DNA from: Candidatus Poribacteria bacterium
GTDB lineage: Bacteria > Poribacteria > WGA-4E > WGA-3G
Assembly (NCBI GenBank): GCA_022827625.1
Contig: JAJEIE010000027.1
Span: forward strand, 174,827-238,826
Length of the DNA: 64,000 nucleotides
Reading direction: 5' to 3'
Shown: positions 10,601 to 19,044 of the stretch, one piece after another
How positions within the stretch are numbered: the stretch's first letter is position 1
How the letters are laid out: the number at the start of each line of letters is the position of its first letter
Notes under the pieces: model-generated
The model's input: only the letters and a program-made list of their open reading frames with translations
Databases searched by the model: none
What the model was told of the DNA's origin: nothing
Translations under genes and position numbers: made by a program

Positions 10601-11351
10601 ACGTCCGGGACCCGCGAAGATTGCAAGCGAAAATACACTACTCTTTTCGCGCGTCTTTTGTGATGTAGATGTTGACACCATTGGACTGGTTGACTTCGTC
10701 GCATTAGCGCAAAAGACGCTTGATGAGAAGATTAAACCCACGCTACCGCAAGGCTACTTCTACGCTTTTAGTGGGCAGTATGAAGCTGAACTGGAAGCCC
10801 GCAGTCGATTAGCAATTGTCGTCCCGGTGTGTATTGCTGTCATCTTCATATTGCTATACCTCCAGTTCAAGTCGCCGTCTGCGATGTTTTCGATTTTCCT
10901 TGCGATTCCTTTTGCATTCATCGGTGGCATGTGGATGCAGTGGTTGATGCAATACATACCAGAGGCACTCGGCGGTGGTTACGCCATTAAATACAGTACA
11001 GCCGTGTGGGTGGGGTATATAGCCTTATTTGGCATAGCGGTCGAGGATGGCATCGTCTTAATTGAATATTTACTCGAACGCGTCCGAGGCGGTGAACCGA
11101 TTGACGAAGCCGTCATCAGTGCCGGTTTATTACGCGTCCGACCCATCGTCATGACCACGGCGACGACAGTTCTGGCATTATTACCCATTATGTTGGCAGA
11201 AATTAGCACGACTACCGGTGCGGAGTTGATGAAACCCATCGCAGTTCCTACCTTTGGTGGAATGGTGTCGGCAACGATGGCTAATCTTATCTTAGCACCC
11301 GTGTTATTCTCTCTCTTCTATCCCATCGAACGCTGGATTCGTGAACGGTAG
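7683..11351 (+). CDS. Heavy-metal efflux RND transporter (CusA/CzcA family), unusually long
   Basis: The N-terminus 'MINRIIEICMKNRLLVL' resembles CusA 'MIEWIIRRSVANRFLVL', and there are 12-TM AcrB-type motifs. Extras are a 'CPKHPTERYAEPGTCPEDGEKL' CxxC insertion and a roughly 150-aa periplasmic insertion. Confidence 0.85.
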   Translation: MINRIIEICMKNRLLVLVIFVFVTIAGWWALNHTPIDALPDIGENQVIVFADWPGRSPRDIEDQVIYPLSITMLGIPDVKDVRSTSMFSFGYINIIFKDDVDFYWARTRVLERMNLAQKDMPEGVVPVLGPDATGVGQVFWYTVENGYYCPKHPTERYAEPGTCPEDGEKLVAANLELHELRSLQDWTVRYYLASADGVSEVASVGGYVKQYQIDIDPNTLLAYNVPLSAVYNAIRGSNLDVGAKVIEEGGMEFLIRGLGFIKNIEDIENIVVKEHNGVPIYVKNLGTVSEGPDFRRGALDKAGVPATGGVVLMRYGDNPLRVIENVKAKIAELTPGLPPGVRIVSFYDRSHLIHRATDTLKETLTEEIIVAAVVILLFLGQVSSSLIIALVLPMGVLLAFVGMRMIGLPSNIMSMGGIAIAIGVMVDAGIVMTENIARHLQDPHPSESKLQVATRAAKEVGPPIFFAMLIVIVAFIPVFSLTGQAGKLFKPLAYTKTFAMLGAALLAISLVPVLASILLTDPTRTRTGAISKRVSQLLGLLGWPLRKLADGITWVLRTSYRPIIRLAVKNIWTKLAVVALALLAFVASIPLTPFYKNIGQEFMPPLNEGALLFMPVLLPGASITQAKDVMAKQDLIMNRFPEVSLVVGKLGRASTATDPAPIGMFETIVNIIDPATWPRRAIKPNPTRELVSALVQRLIHDGLISEEHASHIGADFLDEIVATAVERFDTLATTYHNSYLSVDAREKLYRIWLLRILLEELLAEERAGEMRLEHVRVGESETEKKLHRIAEEIEPTLKHKTYFRTKNRNELIAELTEATRMPGVSPIMTQPIRNRVDMLATGIQTPIGIKVFGKDLAKIEEIAVRIEQELLKLEGAQGPYAERIGNKPYLEFHINREEAARYGIQIRTVQQIIMTAIGGMNLTYTVEGRERFPIRIRYMRELRDNVEALKRVLVPSPKGLHIPLEQLVTIERRPGPAKIASENTLLFSRVFCDVDVDTIGLVDFVALAQKTLDEKIKPTLPQGYFYAFSGQYEAELEARSRLAIVVPVCIAVIFILLYLQFKSPSAMFSIFLAIPFAFIGGMWMQWLMQYIPEALGGGYAIKYSTAVWVGYIALFGIAVEDGIVLIEYLLERVRGGEPIDEAVISAGLLRVRPIVMTTATTVLALLPIMLAEISTTTGAELMKPIAVPTFGGMVSATMANLILAPVLFSLFYPIERWIRER

Positions 11352-11410
11352 AGGGTATGTATAAGGATTATTTTTTTACTATTTGTCCTGAAAATGAAAT
11401 TGGAGGAATC

Positions 11411-12025
11411 ATGAAACTTCTGACTACATTCGGCATCTGTATACTCGTCGGTCTTGTGGGGTTACCAACTGTTGATGCTGCACTTGAACTCGAAAAATAC
11501 TTACATGTCGCAAAAGGCGGGGTCGTAAGCGTCGGTCGCGGATTAGCGATTACCGATAAAGAATTGGAGATCGCACGCACCGAAGAATTCTCTATCGGAT
11601 TCCAATTAACCCCCGCACTTCGATTCTCAGTGCCATTCAGTCGTTACGTTGTGGATACTCGCGGTGGTAACACTGATGTTTTACCCTTCGGGATGTTGGA
11701 TATTGAGACTGTAGGTATGATGCTGACACTGAGTGGACGTGGGAAGTGGGCACCATTTATTGGGTTCGGAGCAAATTTCTACGCATTTACTGAACAGTTC
11801 GCTGCACCTGCTAATATCCAGAACACTTTTGGGGCAGAAGTGTCTACTGGGGTTAACAGGAGACTTATTGATAGCATCTTTGGTGTCGCTCAGTTGTACG
11901 GATCGTTTGGCTATCAATTCAGTTATTTAAGACCGGGGGTGAGTGTGCCTACCAGACCTGACGTTGAGACGTTATCATTAGGTCGCCATAGCATTAACTT
12001 CCGGTTAGAGGTCTTGGGGTTGTAG
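11411..12025 (+). CDS. Secreted or outer-membrane hypothetical protein
   Basis: A strong RBS 'ggagg' precedes the ATG at 11411, and a signal peptide 'MKLLTTFGICILVGLVGLPTVDAA' follows. The rest is beta-rich. Confidence 0.5.
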   Translation: MKLLTTFGICILVGLVGLPTVDAALELEKYLHVAKGGVVSVGRGLAITDKELEIARTEEFSIGFQLTPALRFSVPFSRYVVDTRGGNTDVLPFGMLDIETVGMMLTLSGRGKWAPFIGFGANFYAFTEQFAAPANIQNTFGAEVSTGVNRRLIDSIFGVAQLYGSFGYQFSYLRPGVSVPTRPDVETLSLGRHSINFRLEVLGL

Positions 12026-12172
12026 TTAAATAGAAATCTAACAGAAAATCCTTGTAAAAATAAACATTTCTGGTAAACTTACAGAGATATTGAAAAAACT
12101 CGTATCGAACTAACTGCCGAGGCATAGCGATCAAATTTTTGTAAAAAAGCACCGGTCAGGAGACTCAAAAAA

Positions 12173-13156
12173 ATGTATTTTCAAATCTACCGCCAGTTTT
12201 GTATAAATATCTTGTTAGTGCTTGTCTTTTTCATAGTAAGTCTGCCATTACTCGGTAACGCCGATGAAGCAGAAATGCCAGATCAAAGGTTGATGGCTCT
12301 CTTTCCAGCAGCGAAAAAATTTGTTCTAAGAAGCCCTATGCTCACAGCCGACCAAATTGCTGGCATTGAAAAAGAACTGGGTGCAGAACTTCTGACGGAA
12401 GATCAGAAACCCGTTTTTTACATTCCGATCAGTGAGAAAAAAAAGCCTTTGGGTTTGGCATTGTTCGCGAATGCTGAGGGACCGAGTGGTGTTATTGAGG
12501 GTGCTGTCGGACTGGATATGCGCGGAAAAGTGGTGAAAGTAGAGGTCTATAAGCATCAGGAATCAGAGGCGATTGTCGGATCGGAATTTCTTAAGCAATT
12601 CATCGGTATGGGTATAGATAACACTTTCAAGGTTGGCGTAGATATTGATACTATTAACGGGCATGAGGAGGCTTCAAACGCAGTCGCGCTGATGCCAAAA
12701 AAGACATTGGTGATGAGTTATGCCCTCTTTTCAAAAAAGAAATCGGAACCGGAACCAAAAGCAGAAAAGACACCAGAGCCTGCTGCACCAGTGAAAGATC
12801 TGCCTGAAGTTGAAGACCTTAAAGCACTCATGATGTTAATGATAGATGACTATTTCGTGGTCGTTGATTACTTTGATGACAAAGAGAGTAAGACGAAAGC
12901 CATTCAGGCAGCAAAGCGACTCGCCAGATATGCAAAGAGTATTTCAAACTTTGAACCCCCGAAAAATGCGGATCAGACGGAAGAGTATGTCTACCTGCAG
13001 GACAAGTTTAGCGAGACACTCCTTAAATTCGCTGAGGCACTTGAGATGGAAGGTATTTCTGACGAAACACGCAAGCAGTGGGATGCTATCGTTACCTTAA
13101 TCAATCAGTCACACCTTCGGTTTAGCGAGGAAGAGATTGACCTGGATACGTATTAG
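12173..13156 (+). CDS. Secreted FMN_bind-like domain protein (NosR/RnfG/NqrC-type fold) with a charged C-terminal extension
   Basis: Has a signal peptide, and the central region resembles an FMN-binding domain. The canonical flavinylated 'SGAT' motif is not obvious. Confidence 0.45.
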   Translation: MYFQIYRQFCINILLVLVFFIVSLPLLGNADEAEMPDQRLMALFPAAKKFVLRSPMLTADQIAGIEKELGAELLTEDQKPVFYIPISEKKKPLGLALFANAEGPSGVIEGAVGLDMRGKVVKVEVYKHQESEAIVGSEFLKQFIGMGIDNTFKVGVDIDTINGHEEASNAVALMPKKTLVMSYALFSKKKSEPEPKAEKTPEPAAPVKDLPEVEDLKALMMLMIDDYFVVVDYFDDKESKTKAIQAAKRLARYAKSISNFEPPKNADQTEEYVYLQDKFSETLLKFAEALEMEGISDETRKQWDAIVTLINQSHLRFSEEEIDLDTY

Positions 13157-13199
13157 TTTAAATTGCTACCTATTTTTTTGAATTTTGATTGGAGACAAT

Positions 13200-14576
13200 A
13201 TGAAAATCTGGATATGTTGCTTGTGTGTAGTCGGTATGTTCGTAAGCACACTGCAGGCGGCAGCGCAGATTCGCCCACCCCGCCGAAGACATAGGATAAT
13301 GGTAGATCCAAGTGCAAAGGAAAAAAAGGACGTACGCAAGGCGGATATAGGTGCGAGTCTCAAAGATATTGCGCAACGGACAACACAGCACGACCAAAAC
13401 CCGAAAGTAGATATTGTGTTCGTTGTTGATGGTAGCAAACGGATGGCGGGACATCTCTTCGACCTTGAGAAAAAGATTGTTGATATGCTCGCTGTTATAG
13501 AGGCAAAAACGATCGACTACAGATTTGGATTGGTGAGTTTCCACGCAGTACAAGGTGAACCGCGTTTGGCACTGCAGCCGTGGACGTTTGACTATCTCAG
13601 TATTACGAAGGCACTCCAGGACATGCAGGTTGAATCCGGAAATAACATTCAATCTGGATATGGGCTTGATGCAGTCGTGAAGGGGCTGAACGACTTGGAA
13701 TTCCGTGATGAAGTCACAACCCAATTTATCGTGGTTACCAACTCGCGCATGCGTACTTCATGGACAGACGCAAAAGCCAAAAACAGGATTAGTGAGCAGA
13801 TTATCAGTCTGTCCCGTCGAAACAACGTTCAACTCAATTTCATCGGTATTAGCGAACGGGTCCAAGCGGAACTCACGGATGAAACGAACGGAAAATGGTA
13901 TCCGATTGACTCGAACCAGCGGCGGATGGATGGACAACGGATTCAGAGTGGCGAGACAATCGCGGATAAAGCCATACTGCGCGTTGATGGCATATTCAAG
14001 CGTATTGCCGAGAACCTCGTCGCAAGTCATCCCGGAAAAGTGGACGTTGTGTTTATCTTTGATTACAGCCTAAGTATGGAAACCAAGACGGAGGCTGCCT
14101 GTGATGGCTTGGATCAGATGGTTTCTGTGTTTAAGTCGGCAGGGTTGGCGTATCGGTTTGGGATGATCCGGTTTTGGGCGGCAGTCGGTGGCGGCGAGAG
14201 TACTATTGTCGTGACCAACCCACCCTTGGAACCGGAGCAGGTGAAATCGCTGTTTCGCCTACCCAAAATGGGGGATGAACATCTGTTAGATGCTGTTATT
14301 GAGGGGATACCGAAACTCCGAACAGATCCAGAACGTCAACTCGTTCTTGTCATTGTCACAGATGAATCAACAAGCAAGCGCACCGAAAAAGGGTATACTG
14401 TCGGACAAGCGATTTCGGTGTGTCGAGGTGCCTTCGCAAGGGTTTATGTTATCGGGGGTGTCACCTCTATGCGAAGCAGCTCCATTTCGGATAATTTCCA
14501 ACGTCAAGTTGCTCAATTAACCAAGGGTGAACATTACATTATGCCGGGTTCTATTATCGCTGACGAGGGACGATAG
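13200..14576 (+). CDS. Secreted protein with two von Willebrand factor A (vWA) domains
   Basis: The RBS and ATG sit at 13200, followed by a signal peptide. The two vWA cores are 'VDIVFVVDGSKRM' and 'VDVVFIFDYSLSM' (DxSxS MIDAS). Confidence 0.65.
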   Translation: MKIWICCLCVVGMFVSTLQAAAQIRPPRRRHRIMVDPSAKEKKDVRKADIGASLKDIAQRTTQHDQNPKVDIVFVVDGSKRMAGHLFDLEKKIVDMLAVIEAKTIDYRFGLVSFHAVQGEPRLALQPWTFDYLSITKALQDMQVESGNNIQSGYGLDAVVKGLNDLEFRDEVTTQFIVVTNSRMRTSWTDAKAKNRISEQIISLSRRNNVQLNFIGISERVQAELTDETNGKWYPIDSNQRRMDGQRIQSGETIADKAILRVDGIFKRIAENLVASHPGKVDVVFIFDYSLSMETKTEAACDGLDQMVSVFKSAGLAYRFGMIRFWAAVGGGESTIVVTNPPLEPEQVKSLFRLPKMGDEHLLDAVIEGIPKLRTDPERQLVLVIVTDESTSKRTEKGYTVGQAISVCRGAFARVYVIGGVTSMRSSSISDNFQRQVAQLTKGEHYIMPGSIIADEGR

Positions 14577-14580
14577 CGTA

Positions 14581-15603
14581 TCACTCCAAAGCCAGTTCAT
14601 CTGCCGTTTTCGCGTGAATAGCGATAAGGACAAAACTGGTTGACTGCAAATTAGCAACCGGTTTTGTTAGTTCTATAGGTGTATTGCTGACGAAGCTCCC
14701 GTCTTCCTGCCGGATACTTGTCAGGTAGTTGATAGAGACACGACGGGTGTTGAGTGGATCGTTTCCAGCGGCGAGTGCCATAACCGCGATGGCGGTAATT
14801 TCGGGATCGCTCGGACTATTTTTATATCTGCCGAATCCGCCGTCATTGTTCTGTAGCTGTTTTAGCCACGCAATTTGCGCGTCGATGTCATAAACGGGTT
14901 CCAAACCTTGTATCACCCAAGATGTGACAAAAATGTCCGACTGTGTGCCGCGCTGCAGTGCCCATCCGCTGTCATAGTTGATACTTTCCGCAAGCCAATC
15001 TGCGCCTTTAGAGACGGGGGCAAAGTTCTGTTTGAAACCCAGCCGTCTGAAACCTGCTAAAACAGCAGCAGTGTAAAGCACATTGTCAGCACTCCGTTCT
15101 TTTCTACCCCAAGCCCCACTCGGATTCTGCGCTTTTTTTAGCCACTGCAGTCCTTTAAAACGGATTTCTGGATCGGTTTCCGCTGTTGCCAAAGCAACAA
15201 GGGCAAAAATGGTATGGGCAGTGTTGTTGTTCCAACTCCCATTATCCCACTGCGTATTCCTGAGATACAGAACGCCTGATCGGATGACCTGCGAGCCTGT
15301 CCCCCATCCGGCATCGATTAACGCCCACATCGCGAACGCCGTGTTCTCGACATTGCTATCTCCACCAGGGACCAGTGGCCAGCCACCATCTCGGTTCTGA
15401 TGCTGCACAATGTAGGCTTTCGCGCTTTCTATGGTTTTATAAAGCGGCGGTTCCTCTGATGCTTGATATGAAGGGAGATCTGTAACAGGAGATGCCTCGC
15501 TATCGGCAAAAGCATCCACTTTAATCCCGATTACGAAATGCAGCAGCATGTAGCAACATATCAATATGTGCATACTTTCATAGTTCTTCATTTTTCGCCC
15601 CAC
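14581..15603 (-). CDS. Secreted prenyltransferase/squalene-oxidase-repeat (alpha/alpha toroid) protein
   Basis: Has a signal peptide and repeated 'QxxDGGW/ DGSW/ SGAWG/ DGGFG' motifs. Confidence 0.6.
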   Translation of the reverse strand: MGRKMKNYESMHILICCYMLLHFVIGIKVDAFADSEASPVTDLPSYQASEEPPLYKTIESAKAYIVQHQNRDGGWPLVPGGDSNVENTAFAMWALIDAGWGTGSQVIRSGVLYLRNTQWDNGSWNNNTAHTIFALVALATAETDPEIRFKGLQWLKKAQNPSGAWGRKERSADNVLYTAAVLAGFRRLGFKQNFAPVSKGADWLAESINYDSGWALQRGTQSDIFVTSWVIQGLEPVYDIDAQIAWLKQLQNNDGGFGRYKNSPSDPEITAIAVMALAAGNDPLNTRRVSINYLTSIRQEDGSFVSNTPIELTKPVANLQSTSFVLIAIHAKTADELALE

Positions 15604-15740
15604 ATATAGGTTAAAGTCGTAAAGTTACAATTATGTAGACCCCTACCCCTTAACAGACGACAGTTCGTAGTAGTGCGATTCATCGCACGTCGTACTAAGA
15701 AGTGCCCAGATTTTGATGGCAATTCAGTGAAGACTTTTCG

Positions 15741-16865
15741 CTACAATTGAGGTTCAATCACAACCTTGTAAACGCCTTCTTGTCCGAGCATGTCAATGCC
15801 TTTTTCCAATTGGTATAACGGCAGATGATGCGTTATCAGTTCATCCAACGGGGCGCGTGTTATCTGAAGGAAATCCAACGCCGTCTGGAACTGGATTTGT
15901 GGATATGCCCACACACCGCAGACATCCAAATCCTTGTTACAAATTTGATGCGGACGCACTCGAGTATCCCCAGAGTCTGTATAGTGTCCGACTTCAATAA
16001 CCTTTCCACCCCGTCGCACGACATCTAATGCTTCGGAGAAAACCATCGGCAATCCAGCGCACTCAATCGCGATATCCACTCCGACACCACTTGTCAGGTC
16101 TTGGATCTGTTCAATCCGTTCTTCAGGTGTCGTGTCCCCAACGTTGATAACGACATCTGCCCCCATCTGTTTCGCCATTTCCAAGCGGCTATCGACGAGA
16201 TCCGTGGCGATGATAGTCCCTGCACCGCTATCCCGCAAGACTGCGACAACGAGTAAGCCTATCGGTCCGCATCCGAGAACTGCAACCCGATTTCCGATGC
16301 TGTATCCGTCGCCGACTTGTGGCACTCCCGGCGCACAGGCACGTTCAACGGCGCGCGTCGCTACGGCTACCGGTTCTGTCAACACCTGAATTGCATCAGG
16401 AATGCTTTCCGGCATCTTATAAACCCAAGAATTCCCGTGAATGTAGGTATACTCAGAAAATTCGCCATTCAGATAGGGTGGCGTTTCGCTGTTGCTAAAT
16501 CCATAGATCGTCCGTCCAGAACAGAGCGTCGGGCGACCTGGGACGTGTAGGCAGTAGTAACATCGACCACAGTTTTTTGATCCCGGCACAACGGTTACGC
16601 GATCCCCCGCTTTAATGGGACCGCCTATCACGTTCATAGCCTGATTCGCATCTTTACCAATCTCTGCTACCGTACCCACAACCTCGTGTCCAGGGATGAC
16701 CGGAAATTTCAGGGCGGTATGCCCAAGATACATGTGTTTATCACTCCCACAGATGCCGACTCTATCGACTTGTAACAGGAGTGCATCGTCTGCAGGTGTC
16801 GGTTTCTCAAATTCGCGGATTTCTATCTGCCCAGGTTCGAGCATCACTGCCGCTTGAACTTGCAT
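15741..16865 (-). CDS. Zinc-dependent alcohol dehydrogenase (MDR family, threonine/sorbitol dehydrogenase-like)
   Basis: Has 'GICGSDKHMY', 'GHEVVGTV', a structural-Zn Cys cluster 'CGRCYYCLHVPGRPTLC', and 'LGCGPIGLL'. Confidence 0.85.
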   Translation of the reverse strand: MQVQAAVMLEPGQIEIREFEKPTPADDALLLQVDRVGICGSDKHMYLGHTALKFPVIPGHEVVGTVAEIGKDANQAMNVIGGPIKAGDRVTVVPGSKNCGRCYYCLHVPGRPTLCSGRTIYGFSNSETPPYLNGEFSEYTYIHGNSWVYKMPESIPDAIQVLTEPVAVATRAVERACAPGVPQVGDGYSIGNRVAVLGCGPIGLLVVAVLRDSGAGTIIATDLVDSRLEMAKQMGADVVINVGDTTPEERIEQIQDLTSGVGVDIAIECAGLPMVFSEALDVVRRGGKVIEVGHYTDSGDTRVRPHQICNKDLDVCGVWAYPQIQFQTALDFLQITRAPLDELITHHLPLYQLEKGIDMLGQEGVYKVVIEPQL

Positions 16866-16917
16866 GGTTAAGTTTCCTCGTTTTCTAAAATATAAAATTA
16901 TTTTGCTATTCTTTAGG

Positions 16918-18075
16918 CTATTGTGACCAGAGAGGGATCAATATTTTTGTGAGTTCTGCGAGGCTTTCCAAATTGTGTGCTGGCAGAAAATAATCGACAT
17001 ACGGCAACGCCGTGCGGATACCTCGACAGATCGGTTGATAGCCGTCGCTGCCGAGCAACGGATTGAGCCAAATCAACCGATAGGCGTGCCGATGCAACAT
17101 CTCCATTGAATAACGCAGCACCTCTACATCGCCACGATCCCAACCGTCGCTGATGAGGATGACCACCGTGCGATACGCCGAGAAAGAGGGCGCGAACTGC
17201 CGATAGAATTCCAACAGACTTTCACCAATTTTTGTGCCACCCGACCAGTCCGGCACAACATCTGCCACTTCATTCAAACCCTCTGCTAACCCTTTCCGAC
17301 GGAGGAGTCCCGTAATGTCCGTCAGATGCGTGCTGAAAACCGCAACCTCCACTTCCTTTAGTTCTTTCTGCATGCCGTATATGAATTGAATAAGAAATTT
17401 AGCGTAGCAGTCCATTGACCCGCTGACATCGCAGAGGAGCAGGATCTTCGTCTTCTTGATTTTTTGTTGTTTCCGAATTAATTCGAGCGGTTCACCGCCG
17501 TGCGAGAGACTCTTTCGCCAACTCCGCCGGAAGTCTATAATTTTACCTTTTTTCCCGACAACCTTTCGACGGCTCAGTCTTGTCGCCAGGATTGCCGCTA
17601 ATTTCGCAACGATTTCCCGTGCTTTCTCCATATCCTCTGTCGTGAACTCGCTAAAATCCTTTCGACTCAGAACTTCTTCTACGCTATAAGCCGTTGAATC
17701 GTCTTCTTCGCCTTCCGCGTTTTCTTCTGTTTCGGAGTCCAACCACTGTTCGAGTATATCCTGTTCGTCGCCTGTATCGGAGAGGTCTTGGAGACTCGAC
17801 GGTTCAGATGTTTCGTTTTCTGAGTCAACGGCTTCAAATTCCGTGCGCGGGTATCGCCAAAACAGATTGAAGGCGAGATCAAATGTTTCCCGGTCAGTGT
17901 CTTGAGAGATAAGATTTGTCCGCGCCGTATGATAAAACGCGTCCCGATCACCGATATCTATGAGTTCAACGCTTTGGCACCAACTGAGTTGATTGGTGGT
18001 CGTTACATTGACACCCATCTGTCGGAGCAAGGCGCAGAAATCTGTGATTTGTTGGAGTAGAGTTTGTTCAGTCAT
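16918..18075 (-). CDS. CoxE-family vWA domain protein
   Basis: Has 'LLLCDVSGSMD', 'ILISDGWDRGD', 'LIWLNPLLG' and an acidic linker. It overlaps the upstream protease gene by 8 nt. Confidence 0.7.
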   Translation of the reverse strand: MTEQTLLQQITDFCALLRQMGVNVTTTNQLSWCQSVELIDIGDRDAFYHTARTNLISQDTDRETFDLAFNLFWRYPRTEFEAVDSENETSEPSSLQDLSDTGDEQDILEQWLDSETEENAEGEEDDSTAYSVEEVLSRKDFSEFTTEDMEKAREIVAKLAAILATRLSRRKVVGKKGKIIDFRRSWRKSLSHGGEPLELIRKQQKIKKTKILLLCDVSGSMDCYAKFLIQFIYGMQKELKEVEVAVFSTHLTDITGLLRRKGLAEGLNEVADVVPDWSGGTKIGESLLEFYRQFAPSFSAYRTVVILISDGWDRGDVEVLRYSMEMLHRHAYRLIWLNPLLGSDGYQPICRGIRTALPYVDYFLPAHNLESLAELTKILIPLWSQ

Positions 18076-18442
18076 TTGTCAAATTTTCAATTGTTACCGT
18101 GCCCTCTGTTACAATATCTAATATCAGACGATTTCCATAGAGCAGGGACATACCTATCAACGGTTTGCCATCTGTCCGTAGTGTCTGCACGATGCGTTTT
18201 TCGTCTCGCCATACGACCACCGCGAGATACATATCTAAGTCTACTTGGCTTCCATCACCGAGAATTATACGGAGTTCACCAACTCGCGGAAGTCCGAGAA
18301 TCTCAATCAAATCGCCCGGTAGCATTAACTCCCCTGTGAAGCCGGTATCAACGACCACTTCAATTTTCTGTGGATGCGCTACACCAGTTACTTCCAATTC
18401 AATAGTAGCTTCTTGATTATTAACAATTTTTCCTGTGATCAT
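18068..18442 (-). CDS. Retropepsin-like (clan AA) aspartic protease, single domain
   Basis: Has an active-site motif 'VVDTGFTGEL' and is the size of a retroviral-type protease monomer. Confidence 0.65.
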   Translation of the reverse strand: MITGKIVNNQEATIELEVTGVAHPQKIEVVVDTGFTGELMLPGDLIEILGLPRVGELRIILGDGSQVDLDMYLAVVVWRDEKRIVQTLRTDGKPLIGMSLLYGNRLILDIVTEGTVTIENLTND

Positions 18443-18451
18443 TTTAGGGGT

Positions 18452-19036
18452 TTAGGGTCTCCATTTGTTTACAGGAGTTCCATAGGTGCCCCTAAAGCCG
18501 AGTTGATATGCTGTCTGTTGCCCAATTCGTACAAGGTAAATTACGGCATTCGGATGTTTTGAAAGAAGGCGGTTTATGGCTGCTGTGCCTTGAGTATCAA
18601 TTTCATAATTTTCTGTCTCAATGTCAATTGCCAAGAATTTTCCGTTGTGGCGAGGCTCAACTTTGCTCTGAAGTTTTTGGTATGCTGCTTCGCCGCGAGT
18701 GCTAACGGTTCCGGAGGGATAGTCCGTGAGGACCGAAAGCCTAAAACCCAGTGGATTCGCGAGACGACATCCGATTCGCGTACAGTAAATCACGGAATTG
18801 GGATGCTTCGCACGGAGTCGAGATGCAGCAACAAAGTCCTTATCGTCAATTTCATAATCACCCGTGTCAATATCAACCACCCAAAATTTTCCGTTATGAT
18901 ATGGTTCAACTTTGCTCCGCTGTTGCTGATATATTGCATCGCCACGGGCAACGATGGTTTCAGGTGTATAATCTGAGTATGGCATTAGGATGCTCCCAAA
19001 GTTTCGGAGTTTATTTTTTTTGCCTAATTTGTTCAA
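18452..19036 (-). CDS. Hypothetical protein made of two tandem copies of an approximately 85-aa domain
   Basis: The internal repeats are 'VEPYHNGKFWVVDIDTGDYEIDDKD...HPNSVIYCTRIG' and 'VEPRHNGKFLAIDIETENYEIDTQG...HPNAVIYLVRIG'. Confidence 0.5.
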   Translation of the reverse strand: MNKLGKKNKLRNFGSILMPYSDYTPETIVARGDAIYQQQRSKVEPYHNGKFWVVDIDTGDYEIDDKDFVAASRLRAKHPNSVIYCTRIGCRLANPLGFRLSVLTDYPSGTVSTRGEAAYQKLQSKVEPRHNGKFLAIDIETENYEIDTQGTAAINRLLSKHPNAVIYLVRIGQQTAYQLGFRGTYGTPVNKWRP

Positions 19037-19044
19037 GTCCTTTC

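Noticed and set aside
15604-15740. Hairpin GTGCGAT-tca-ATCGCAC between the alcohol dehydrogenase and the prenyltransferase-repeat gene, considered as a terminator
   Set aside because: A perfect 7-bp stem is present but neither strand has a following U-tract. It is noted only as a structure.
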